This document shows, in pieces, positions 13,263 to 24,015 of a stretch of 64,000 nt of DNA (position 1 is the first letter of the stretch; every line of letters starts with the position of its first letter). A model generated the notes under the pieces. That model saw only the letters and a program-made list of their open reading frames with translations. It made no database searches and was not told the origin of the DNA. The translations under genes were made by a program, and so were the position numbers. Source of the DNA: the human T2T-CHM13v2.0 reference genome, Homo sapiens. The stretch is taken from positions 40,384,001-40,448,000 of the forward strand of contig CP068257.2 of NCBI GenBank assembly GCA_009914755.4. The letters are read 5' to 3'.

Positions 13263-14450
13263 ATACCTTCCTTGACTACTTCATCTTATAACGTGCAAAT
13301 ACCTCAACTTCAGCACCATTTACATGTTTATTCACTGCCTTTATTGTTAGTCATTTGTGTCTCCCCAAGAGGACTGAAAGCTATTTAAAGACTGATAATC
13401 TATTTAATATCTTTTGGCATTATCAATGCTCAACATGTTATCTTCCACAACAATAAAGATTTGACTTTTCTGTACTCTTCACTCCAATTAAATGCACGAG
13501 TGAAAATTATGGCTGTTAGTTGTTTTGCTGAAGTAAAGCGTATTACATCACTGCCCTGCTTTGGAGTACTGTACTGATTTTTCTATTCCTAAAGAAAATC
13601 CAAACTACAAACTGGCATACAAGACTTTTCATACTCTGGTTACAATTCATCTCTCCATCCTTATTGGACACTACTTACCATCTACTCTACAAACTTGCAT
13701 ATCCAGCCTCTGCCACCCAAAATCTCTCTCTTCCCTCTCCTTTACTTGGCTAACTTCTTTCGAAAGATCCAGTTGAAATGTCACCGACTCTACAAAGCTT
13801 TTGTAATTTGCCCCTAGCCAGCAGCTCAGTCATCTAAACTACCACAATACTTCATCTCTCTGTAATAACACCACAACTTCTTCAATTAATCTTCTTTTAC
13901 ATGTGTCTCCCCCAAGGGACTCCCTAAAGAAAAAACCCTTGTTTGCATGCACGTATCCCTGATGCCCAGCACAAGGCCTGGCAAGCTAGGTACAGGGCAA
14001 AGAGAGAAATCATCAAACTTGAGGCTCAAGACCTGGACTGGCTCACCTTTATTTCTCCAGCATCCGTTACAGAGCCCCAACACGTGGCAGTATTCTTTGC
14101 TTTTTCTATTAGACCTTGTGACTTTAATCACTACTGGACGATGATTCCCAAATCTGTATCTCTGTTTAGACTCTTGAGGCTCCAGCCTCTCAGGTACCTA
14201 CTGAACGGTTCCATCACAGTATATCCTCAGGTCCAGCATGGTACTTAAACTCCACAACTCTCGTCCCTGCTCCCACATCTGTTTGTCCTCACATATTCCC
14301 GATTTACTTTGGTGTGTTGCCAGACCCTAAAATTTCTTCTCTTTCCCTTATAGCCTATCACTGTGACCTGGTCAAACCTAGCTCTTAAATAGCTTATAAT
14401 CTGCTCTCTCTACTTCCATTGGCTTTGCGGACAACTAAAACTGTCCCTTC

Positions 14451-14568
14451 GGCTGGGCGCAGTGGCTCATGCCTGTAATCCCAGCACTTTGGGAGGCCAA
14501 GTGGGGTGGATCACGAGGTCAGGAGATCTCAAGGCCATCCTGGTCAACAGGATGAAACCCCGTCTCTA

Positions 14569-14607
<39 letters not shown>

Positions 14608-14824
14608 AGCTGGGCGATGTGGCGGAAGCCTGTAATCCCGGCTACTCAGGAGGCTGAGGCAGGAGAATCGCTTGAACCAGGGAGGCGGAGGTTGCAAAAC
14701 CAGGGAGGCGGAGGTTGCAGTGAGCCAAGATCACGCCATTGTACTCCAGCCTGGGGCAACAAGAGTGAAACTCTGTCAAAAAAAAAAAAAAAAAAAAAAG
14801 AAAAAAAGAAAAGAAAAGAAAAAA
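14451..14824 (+). mobile_element. Full-length Alu, plus orientation, with a long A-rich middle linker, a tail containing a (GAAAA)n microsatellite, and a TSD
   Basis: ggctgggcgcagtggctcatgcctgtaatcccagcactttgggaggcc...(A)36...attagctgggcgatgtggcgg...actctgtcaaaaaaaaaaaaaaaaaaaaaagaaaaaaagaaaagaaaagaaaaaa. The TSD is aaaactgtcccttc (before) and aaaattgtcccttt (after). Confidence 0.9.
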
Positions 14825-16490
14825 TTGTCCCTTTAATTATCTCATTTCCATCGAGAGACCTTCTTAACTTAACCCCAATTTTGTTATTTACAATTTTTCC
14901 TTCAGAGTGTACACATCTAATATTCAACAGTGTAAGTTCCTCGAGGGCAGGGGTTATATCTTCTTCAACTTCTATTTCAACAGAATGAAGCACATTATAC
15001 TTTCAATAAAGTGTTAAAAAGGAAAAATAAACAAAAAGTTACTTTTAAGTAAACCAGCACTTCAAATTTTGACTTTCTTTTTAACATCAATATTTAGGGG
15101 TGCTTAAATTTAAACTTAATGACTACTAGTCCTTAGAGATCATCATTTACTCCAAGTACACGAGGAAAGCTTTAAAAGATAATTTTCCATGAGAAATCTT
15201 TCTAAAATGGATTAACCCACTTTCTTGTCTTCTTAAACAAGGTATGAGGACCGTAATGTAAGCTGCTTAATTGAGGACTCAGGGTCATCGTGTGAACAAT
15301 CGCTGGACTATTTTGTAACACACGCGTGCCCTCGGAGGCTCGGTGCCAGGGCTGTGAGCGCTTGCACGAAAGGAAAAACCCCAGGCCGTGTGAAGTTCTA
15401 ACTTTCCCCGTCCTCTCGGTCAGGCAATCCCACCGGGGCACCTGTCTAAAAACACCCCGCCTCCGAACGCGCGCTCTTGCGGAATTCTCCCGAACCGCAG
15501 AGCCCTCGTGGCTGGGACCGCATAGCAACCGGGGGCAGAGTGCGAGCCCCCAGCGGTGTGCTAGGATGGAAAAGCAGGAGCCGCTGAGGATGGACTACGG
15601 GGCGTGTTCCCGAAAAGCCGGGAAGAGATGTGGCGGGGCTGCCGCGGGCGTCTCTAAGGCCGGCACGGGTGGCGTCTTGACTCCCTGCCCCTCCAGCCGC
15701 GGACCTCGGACGGGGGAAAGGGGGCTCCTCCAAGCGGGGAGACGGTCGCCGACCGAGCAGCAGGGCTCCTGGCCAGCGGAGGGTGCTATGCTCTGCGGGA
15801 CCGCCGGGAAGTCCCAGACAAGGTCTGCGGGGGCTCTGGAGGAAAAAAAACGCGCTGTGAGGTCCAGGCGTCCGCGGGAGGGGCCGGGGGCGGGGAGGGA
15901 GCGTCCAGCGGGCACCGAGCGGTCACGCTCCGGCCACCGGGCCGAGGACGGGGCGGCGGGGCTAGGTCCCGGACCGTGAAGGGAGCGGCGGGTCGCGGCA
16001 GGTGCGGGGTCCCCAAGGCCGCCGGCCAGCTTCCGCGCACACCCCGCGGCCCGGGCCGCCGGCCCCCAACCCCTGCCCGGAACAGGAGAACGCGCCCTTC
16101 TCCACGAGGCGTTTCAACCGCTCCGCGCGAGGGGCGCGCGCCTGGGCCAGGCGTGTCCCCTACCCCAGGGGCAGCTCGGCCAGGGTGAAGAGTGAAGCCC
16201 GTGAGGGAATGGAGCATGCGCATTCGCGAGGGCGAGGCCAAGTGCTGGCAGGGAGCGTGCGCAGTGTGAAGGTACAATCGGCTACGTGGGAACCCGGGAC
16301 ATGCTCGGTGAGCGCCCAGGTCCCGCGCACGCGCAGAAGCGCTCGGAGCCCGCAACCCGCTGGTGGAGAAAAAAGAGGAGAGAAATCACCTCAGAGTTAC
16401 GTCAGGAAAGGCCGCGTTTTGCGGGGAGGCTGTAGCCTCCCAAGGAGCCCCGCAGTTCTCCTAGAGCTAGGGGCGTGACAGTTACTCACC

Positions 16491-16600
16491 GGTCTTCAGT
16501 CTCGAGGCAGACGCCGGGCCCCTTTCCGCTCACACTCGGCTCGCGCGCGCCGCAGCCGCCGCTGCCGCTGTGATTCCATCCATCTTGAATTTGACGTCAT
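16491..16600 (-). other. ZBTB21: Candidate non-coding first exon (5'UTR) of the minus-strand gene; a strong GT donor sets its 3' end at 16490/16491, the TSS is undefined, and the box 16491-16600 is nominal
   Basis: The minus strand reads ...ctcgagactgaagaccg|GTGAGTAACTgtcacgcccc. GTGAGT is a near-consensus 5' splice site. A CRE, E-box, CCAAT and GC-box cluster lies just upstream (higher plus coordinates), and the downstream acceptor is at 341. Confidence 0.45.
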
Positions 16601-16661
16601 CCCACACCAGGGATGAGGTCATCGCAGGCATCGCTCGTCACGTGCGCGGCACTCTGATTGG
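16592..16661. promoter_or_regulatory. Core-promoter motif cluster: palindromic CRE TGACGTCA (16592-16599), TGAGGTCA half-site (16614-16621), E-box CACGTG (16639-16644), CCAAT box on the minus strand (attgg 16657-16661)
   Basis: The motifs were read directly in ttgacgtcatcccacaccagggatgaggtcatcgcaggcatcgctcgtcacgtgcgcggcactctgattgggcgcc. Their spacing is about 60-100 bp upstream (minus sense) of the candidate exon 1. Confidence 0.5.
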
Positions 16662-16674
16662 GCGCCGGGCGCCG

Positions 16675-16700
16675 GAGGGCGGGGCGGGGGGGGGGGCCTC
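16675..16700 (+). promoter_or_regulatory. GC-box and G-tract: ggagggcggggc followed by an uninterrupted run of 11 G (16686-16696); Sp1-type sites with G-quadruplex potential on the plus strand
   Basis: ggagggcggggcgggggggggggcctcgcggcgcagggggacgggggagggcggg. Confidence 0.5.
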
Positions 16701-17945
16701 GCGGCGCAGGGGGACGGGGGAGGGCGGGCCTGCCCGGAGCCGCGCGCCGAACGGACGCTGCCGCGCTGCAAGCCCGCGCTCTCGGTCCATGAGGGGAGCC
16801 TGCGGCGGCCGTTAGGGGAGGCGGCCGGGCTGGGGGCCACGGCGAGGAGGCTGAGCGCCCCGGCCGGGTGGAGTCCGTCGCGGCGAGGAGCGCGCCGATT
16901 CTCAGGGGACTTTGCCGCCTGCCGGAGGCGCCCTTGCTGCGGGGTCGCCCCGGGTCATTCGGCCGCGGTCCTGCCCAGCTGGGCCGCCAGTAGTCCCCGC
17001 TTCCGGCGCGGCGGGATGCGTGGCGCGAGCGCTTAGTCCCTCGGAGGGGAGGACGCGCTCCCGTTCACCGGTGGACGGCGGGCGACTCCCCGAGCCGACG
17101 ACCCCGACAGCGACGGGAGCGACGCGCGGCTTTCTGACGGGCGCGGGCGGCGAGCGGGGCCCTGCGGTCCTCGGGTCGGCGGCAGACGCTCCCGGCCCGC
17201 GAGGAAAGCCCGCGGGAGGCGGCTCCTGCCGCTCGCTAGTCGCTCAGAGCGCTTCCATTTCCTCCTCCCGACGCAACCTGGCCACCTGGCCCCTGGGCGG
17301 GGACCCGGCGGCCGCGGCCAGGGCGTCCGGGCTCGTTCGCCGCGCAGATGGGGGTCGGTCCTGACCCCCGCCGGGGCGTCCACAGCGGCCCGCAGGCAGC
17401 CGGAGACTTCGCATAGTGCCCGGCTCATCGGAGGGCTGTGATCTTTTTTTTTTTTGCAGAAATATTACAACTCCACTGATGAGAAAACTCACTTCGCTTT
17501 CAGTCAAAACCAGAAATTAGATAACAGAAATGCCACACTGTCAACACCGACCGGGAGGAAAGCCTCGCTGGCGGAGACCGCTCAAGGGAGCCCTCCGCGC
17601 GTTCTCCCAGCCCGGGTCGCAGGTGGAGGGGGAGTGCCTCCTGCAGGGACGGTTCTCCCGCAGACACTCAAACTCCGGGATGTAAAACCCCTGTTAATAA
17701 TTGTCAGGGGTCTGTTAATTGCCAAATACAGTTTTTGAAAGTTGTATGCACTAGGTAAAATAATTTATGTAATGTTTGGAAGTATGTGAAAGACAGACAT
17801 TAGATTGATACAAATTAAAAATTTGTTGCCAAATTAACAGCTCTGTTGTAGATTATTAGTTTGACTAATTTTAAGAGGACTCTTAGTCTTACATAAAGAA
17901 TCTTGCACCTAAAAATTTTCTCCTACAACTTTAAAACACTTTAAA

Positions 17946-18243
17946 TTTTTTTTTTTTTTTTCCTGAGATGGAGTCTCTGTCAGTCCCAGGCTGGAGTGCA
18001 GTGGCATGATCTCAGCTCACTGCAGCCTCCACTCCCTGGCTCAAGCCATCCTCCCGTCTCAGCCTCGGCAGTAGCTGGGACTATAGGTGCATCCGTCACA
18101 CCTAGCTGATTTTTGTATTTTTGGTAGAGATGGAGTTTCACCATGTTGCTCAGGCTGGTTTCAAACTCCTGGTCTGAAGCAATCCACCCGCCTCAGCCTC
18201 CCAATGTGCTTGGATAACAGGTGTGAGCCACCATGCCCAGCCT
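17946..18243 (-). mobile_element. Full-length Alu, minus orientation
   Basis: A T-run at 17946-17961 is followed by cctgagatggagtctctgtcagtcccaggctggagtgcagtggcatgatctcagctcactgcagcc...ggataacaggtgtgagccaccatgcccagcc. Confidence 0.9.
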
Positions 18244-18482
18244 AAAGAGTGTCTGTATTTTGAACTGTATGGTGGAAAAGCACAAAGTGACTGTTCTGAA
18301 GGTAGAAGGCAACAGTGATTATAAGTCTTAAAAGAACCTTGAGTTTTAGGTTCCCCTGTGATTAGGCTGGGGGAGTGTGTGCTGCTATCCTAGTTTTATA
18401 GGTGAGAAAACTAGTACTGGCTTTACCACATGCTGGAAGCAGCCTCCCTTGAGCGATCCCTTTCTAGCCACCTGCTTAGCTG

Positions 18483-18512
18483 TTTTTTTGTTTTGTTTTG
18501 TTTTTTGTTTTT
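18483..18512. repeat. (TTTTG)n simple repeat
   Basis: tttttttgttttgttttgttttttgtttttt. Confidence 0.8.
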
Positions 18513-19539
18513 TCAACCTTCCTCAGGACGATACACATTGGTGTCTCTGCTTTGAGCTATATGATCAGGCTTTTGGCCTCACCATTTCACTGGAATTGAC
18601 CTGACTGCCAAATCTGGCAGAAACCGTTGCATCTTTCAGTTGCTCTCTTTGATTTGTGACACGCTTCCAATTGCTTCAGCAGTGATTGCTTCAGTTACGC
18701 CTCATTCCCTGGATTTCCCACCTCTTGGCTGACTCTCCTCCTGGGCCGGCTGTGTTGGCCCTTCTGCCCCTGCCCATGCTCGCACTGGGTTTCTTGGCAC
18801 ACACACCCTATGCAGTCTCATCCATGCTTGGAACATATGCCCAGTTGCTGGAGCCAGGAATGTGGGCACCATGGTGGGCTCCTCCCTCACTTCCAGTATT
18901 GGGTCTATCCCCAAGTCCTGTCCGTCCGACCTCCTCAGTGTTTCTCTGGTAACGTAACCGCTTAACTGCTCTCCCAGCCTCCAGGTTTCCTCCTTTAATC
19001 CACTCTCACATTACAGCTAAAGCGATTTTTCTAAACAGCAAAAGGGATCATGCCACTCCCTTGCATAGGGTTTAATGGCTCTCCATTGCCTAGGTGAGAG
19101 TTCAAACCACAACGCACAAGTGCCTGAGGACTTGGCCCAGCCTCTCCCATCTTTCCCCCACCTCCACTCTGACATGCAGGCCTCTAAACTAGTCTTGCTC
19201 TGTCTCTTGCCTCTGGGCTTCTGGGCTTCAAGTGTGTTGTCCCTTCTGCCTGAGCTATTGACCCCACCACTACCACCCTGTTTTAACGGGATAATTTCAT
19301 CTTGATTGGTGTTTCTTCCTCCAGGATTCCACCACCTCCCCACCCCACCTGACTGGCATCTTCTCAGCTGTATCTAGGGTTGGTGCTCCCTCCTCTGTGC
19401 TCCCATAACACCTGGTGCAGGTTTTGTTGACACCACTTGTGTAGGTGATGTTGGATTTGCCAGCCAGCACCCTCTCATCCGCCCTGCAGGTTTCTTGTTT
19501 GCCTCTGCCTGCCCAATGCCTGACTTTCAGTCTAAATTC

Positions 19540-19670
19540 CTTACCTCTTTCAGCTTCTGGTGGCTGCCAGCATTTCTGAGCTTGTGGCTGTATCACTCCA
19601 ATCTCTGCCTGTGTGTTCACATGGCCTTCTTCTGTCTGTCAAATCTCCCTCTACTTCTTAGTGTTAGCCG
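19540..19670 (+). mobile_element. Internal fragment of a MaLR/MLT1-like LTR
   Basis: cagcttctggtggctgccagcatttctgagcttgtggctgtatcactccaatctctgcctgtgtgttcacatggccttcttctgtctgtcaaatctccctctac is nearly identical in layout to 21030-21125 of the LTR at 20848. Confidence 0.6.
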
Positions 19671-20847
19671 TACACTGAAGCACCCCAAACAGGATCTCTC
19701 ACACCATAGACACATATGTTCTTTTATACAAAATGCACATTGTTTATGCAGCCACCTCATTAGACACCCTGCGGACAACCCACAGCTGTGCACACAGCAA
19801 GCTCACAGCTGGACTTCCTATCGACATTCTATCTGCCCTTGAACCATTTTTTCCATCCTTGACTGTGTCCTACTTAATTAAAGATGCTGCTGTCTGCCTT
19901 GCTACCCAAGCCAGAAACTTGACGGTTATTTCTCAATGTCTGCATTCAACTGTCACTAAGTCCTATCAATCTACCTCTTAAATGCCACTTAAACCTGTCC
20001 TTACCAGCCTTATTTCAGCTGTTTCTGGCCTGCAGCAGCTCTGTCCAATCTGTAGCCATTGCAACCAAGTTCCTGCCTCAGTTTTGCTTCCTTCCCTTCC
20101 CAGCCTAGTGCGTTTTCAATCAAATTTATCTTTCCAAATGCAACTCGGGTTAACTTGCATTGGTGCTGTATACCCACCCACCCTCCCATGTGGCTTGCAG
20201 ATGCCTGCGGCCTCATAGCTGGGCATGGCCTGTCCAGTGCTGCCAAGGTGGCTTTGCTTTCTGCTTGCCTCGCCTTTGCCAACCCCTCTAGCCATGTAGT
20301 CTGGCACAGGCACTTCCTGGGATGGCCTTTTCCTATTCAATCTGCAGGCAAATCCAATTTCAAGTGTCAGACCGAGGCTGCCTCCCTCTGCGCTTCAGTG
20401 ATTCCACTATACCATCTATTTCACCTATTCCCGTCTGCTCAAAGGCCGGTTTCTCCACTAGTTTGCATGCCCCTTGGCACAGAGACCATGTCTGTTAACT
20501 TGTGTATGCCCGGAGCTTTGGACCTGTTGCTAGGGCTGTGTCCTGGGCCATCTGTTCCCGATGGCTAGAGTTTTCTCTCTGAAACTGTTACAGTGGTAGC
20601 CGATTCTCCAGTGTTCATGCTGTTAAGTTGGTTTGCATTTCTTATAACAAAAAAAAACACAGCCCTTTTATAATTTGGGGGAGGGAAGTCTCTATGGGGT
20701 TTAACATATCTGCTTCTTCATATTTGGAAGTGGGAAGTTTTAATCAGCTGTGATTCTCTTAACCATCATTTCATTGGAATGGGTACCTGGCTGTCCAGAT
20801 TTGCCCAATCTATGGGTTGGGTGGTTATCTCTTTAAAAAATTCATTA

Positions 20848-21127
20848 GTTTCCTGTGGCTGCTGTAATAGCTTTCTACAAACTTGGTGGGTTAAAACAAT
20901 AGAAACTTACTCTTTTACAGTTCTGGAGGCCAGAAGTCCGAAATTGGTCTTATGGGATGGAAATTCAGGTGTGAGCAAGGCCACACTTCCCTTGGAGGAT
21001 ATAGAGAAAGTGCCTTGCTTTCAGCCTCTGGTGGCTGCCAGCATTCCTGGGCTTGTGGCTGCATCACTCTGATCTCTGCTTCTGTGTTCACATGACCTCT
21101 TTTCTGTCTGTCAAATCTCCCTCTACC
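20848..21127 (+). mobile_element. MaLR/MLT1-like LTR, 5' portion (interrupted by a simple repeat and an Alu, resuming at 21314)
   Basis: agtttcctgtggctgctgtaatagctttctacaaacttggtgggttaaaacaatagaaacttactcttttacagttctggaggccagaagtccgaaattggtcttatgggatgg...cagcctctggtggctgccagcattcctgggcttgtggctgcatcactctgatctctgc. Confidence 0.65.
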
Positions 21128-21166
21128 TGTTTCTTTCTTTGTTTTGTTTTGTTTTGTTTTTGTTTT
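21128..21166. repeat. (GTTTT)n and (CTTT)n simple repeat at the Alu insertion site
   Basis: gtttctttctttgttttgttttgttttgtttttgttttag. Confidence 0.8.
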
Positions 21167-21313
21167 AGACACCTGGTCTTGCTCTGTTGCCTAGGCTGGA
21201 GTATAGTGGTGCACTTATAGTTCATGTAACCTTGAACTTCTGGGCTCAAGTGATCCTCCAGCCTCAGCCTCCCAAGTAGCTAGGCCTATGGGTGTGCACC
21301 ACCACACCTGGCC
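21167..21313 (-). mobile_element. Alu right-monomer fragment, minus orientation, inserted inside the MaLR LTR
   Basis: acacctggtcttgctctgttgcctaggctggagtatagtggtgcacttatagttcatgtaaccttgaacttctgggctcaagtgatcctccagcctcagcctcccaagtagctaggcctatgggtgtgcaccaccacacctggcc. Confidence 0.8.
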
Positions 21314-21500
21314 TTCTCTGCCTCTTTCATAAAGGGACACTTGGGAAGGCATTTAGGGCCTACCAGGAGAATCCAGCATGATCTCCCCATCTCAAGATCT
21401 TTTCATTTAATTACATCTGCAAGACCCTTTTTTCATATAAGGTAACATTGGAGGTTTCAGAGATCAGGACTTGATATCTTTAAGGGTCATTAGTCAGCCT
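21314..21500 (+). mobile_element. MaLR/MLT1-like LTR, 3' portion (continuation of 20848-21127)
   Basis: ccaggagaatccagcatgatctccccatctcaagatcttttcatttaattacatctgcaagacccttttttcatataaggtaacattggaggtttcagagatcaggacttgatatctttaagggtcattag matches the 3' half of MLT1-like LTRs (compare 30090-30190). Confidence 0.6.
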
Positions 21501-22043
21501 ACTGCAGATAAGAACAGTATTCCTGTGTAGCGGCATGGGAAGGCCTTTGAAAAGTATGTGAAACAGAAAAAGAAAAAAGAGAAGAGAATGGGAAGTGGGG
21601 AAAGTGAGGAAGGTAGTAACACTTTGGGTTGCTGTGTAAATGGTTTCCAACAACCACCTTCACAGTGAATATCACTCCGTGTGCTCAGAACTGGAGTGCC
21701 CCGGGCCATAGTGCCTCTTCAGCATGGTTGAAGTTGGGTGGGATTAAGTGTTGATCACACTGGGTTCTCATAATTGAGAAGCCCTATCTGTAAACATTAT
21801 CATAAACAAAAAGTGGTACTAAGCTTAAGGACCTCCCAGCCAGAAGCATTAGTGCTGGTTTTCTCCAAAGGCCGTAATTGCCTCTTCCTCTCTCTTCTCG
21901 CCACCCCATCCTTGTTCTTGAAGAGCAGATGCCTGGAGGATATCCTTCCAGTTCAGCATACAAACGCCACCAATAATACTTGGATGGCATTAGATCCACA
22001 CCAGTTTCTAAGAAACCCTTTTGTCTTAAGATTGGGAGAGGAC

Positions 22044-22060
22044 TGTGTGTGTGTGTGTGT
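22044..22060. repeat. (GT)n microsatellite
   Basis: ctgtgtgtgtgtgtgtgtgt. Confidence 0.85.
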
Positions 22061-23713
22061 AATAACAGTAGTAATTCTATTTGATTATAAACTTTGTATG
22101 AATTAAGAAAATTCTTATGTGCTATTCCTTAAGTTGCTATCATGAAAGGTAAGGAAGACCGTTGCATTCAGATCTGCACCATGGGCATCCTTTGGTTAAA
22201 AAAAAGATGGATTCCACATCCCCAAAGCTGTGAAGTGGGGTGAAGAGTGACTGCTTCTGTTGTTACAATTATCTGCTACATGTCCTCAACTGTGATCCCA
22301 TCTGCACCGTGATCCTGCTTTTTAGGAATAATTCCCATTTTACACACCAGGAAAGGGGGCTACCCCTTTCTACCCTCAAGGACTGTAAAGGTGACTACCA
22401 GATGATCTCTAACCTCAAGGAAATGGCACCAGCTCTGTCTCCTGGAAATAGACACAAACTATTGATACAAGTGGGAAATGCTTGGAGACATGTATGCTCT
22501 CAAGGTTATGAGGCACAGAGGAGGGGAGACTCTTCTGCCTCTGCCAGGGACCCAGATGCAGCTGGCCTGAGCCTGGAGATGGTGGTGCCAGGCCTTGGTC
22601 CTCTCAGTGCATCGAGCTCCCTGGGCCGGGGCCTGACGAGGACGAGTGCTGAAGTCCATCAGTTACCCCCTTCCATGCAGTGGCCACAAAAAAAGCGGGG
22701 GCAGCTTTGCCCCAGACAGAGGCTTTGCTGATTCCTGGACAGGCCTGAGGGGGCCGACAGTGGCTGCTCTGGGTTCACAGCCTGGGACATCAGACTGTGG
22801 GCGAGAATGGTGAACTCACCAGAAGGCATTCGTCTACGTGGCCTTTTCCAAACGGAAGCACGGATGGTGCATCTGCAAGGCGAATGGTGGTGTTTCTTTC
22901 CCACGATGTTCTGAGCAGCCAAGGCCGTTTGTTCAGTTTGGATATCAAGCTTCACGAGCCCCTGCACACATAATGCATCAGTGGTGAAAAGTACTCACTA
23001 AATTATCCGATCCAAAAGCTATTAAAAAACAACAACAACGCATAGCTGGTTTTTGTTTGTTTTTGCTTTTAAATCTTGGAGATTTTAGAGCTTTACTCCT
23101 TTTGTTAAGAGTCAGCCTTGTTGACTCATGAATCACCTGATTGAGAAAGACGTGAATGTGCGTTTAGATTTGATTTAAAAAGCGTTTGCTGTACTTTTTT
23201 ATTTCCAAAATCTATTTTTTTATATTTGGCATGCTTATATTATAACTTTGATACATTTAAATATCTTAATAAATATATACCCTCAAATTTGAATTAAAAC
23301 ATCCACTTTAGAACTAGATTTAATAAAACATTATAGAACTTATACTTGAAGTTTGCTTATAAAGCACTCTCACAAAAACTGGGTCAAATGATTTAATCTG
23401 TTTTCTCCATTATAGAGCAGCCTTTCTCCCCGTCCCCCAACCCCTCCTTTTAAATGTGACTCAATTGATTTGGTACACTGTCTGCTTCTCTGATATCTGT
23501 GAAATTACTATGTCTAAAAATAGAAACTCAGTTCTCTTTATGCTTTCTTTCTGAGGTAGGCCAATTGTTAATATTGCAGCACTTTAAAAATTGTTAGCTG
23601 GTGAAGACCAATGATCAAGAACCACAGTGATGTCATCTGAGGTTTTACGAAGTTTGCATATTTAATTTGTTTTACATATTGTTGACTATAATAACTCTAG
23701 AATTTTCTTTCCT

Positions 23714-24015
23714 TTTTTTTTTTTTTTTTTTTTCCAGACAGGGTCTTACTCTGTCACCCAGGCTGGAGGGCAGTGGTGCGAACATGGCTCACTGCAGCCT
23801 CCAACTCCTGGGTCAAGCAATCCTCCTGCCTCAGTCCCCCAAGTAGCTGGGACCACAGGCGTGCACCACCATGCCTGGCTAATTTTTGTATTTTTTGTAG
23901 AGACAGGGTTTTGTCATGTTACCCAGGCTGTTCTTGAATTCCTGAGCTCAAGTGATCCTCCTGCCTCGGCCTCCCAAAGTGCCGGGATTACAGGCATCGG
24001 CAACCGTGCTCAGCC
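23714..24015 (-). mobile_element. Full-length Alu, minus orientation
   Basis: A T-run at 23714-23737 is followed by ccagacagggtcttactctgtcacccaggctggagggcagtggtgcgaacatggctcactgcagcc...ccgggattacaggcatcggcaaccgtgctcagcc. Confidence 0.9.

Larger units (their letters stand above)
15290..17440. promoter_or_regulatory. CpG island of about 2.1 kb, a candidate promoter for the minus-strand BTB-ZF gene and possibly bidirectional
   Basis: GC content and CpG density rise sharply with tens of CpGs per 100 bp. Strings such as gcgcgcgccgcagccgccgctgccgctg and ccgggcgccggagggcggggcggggggggggg are typical. The surrounding sequence is AT-rich and CpG-poor. Confidence 0.85.

Noticed and set aside
15326-17428. 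Multiple long overlapping ORFs on both strands inside the CpG island (217 aa at 15326-15979 plus, 189 aa at 15786-16355 minus, 158 aa, 150 aa, 131 aa and others)
   Set aside because: They are rich in Arg, Pro, Gly and Ala, overlap each other on opposite strands, and lack start context. This is the expected result of low stop-codon frequency in very GC-rich DNA, so it is not evidence for coding.
17752-17760. actagGTAAAAta as a plus-strand splice donor for a divergent lncRNA
   Set aside because: It is a weak donor match (GTAAAA) with no defined upstream exon or TSS, and it cannot be supported without expression data.
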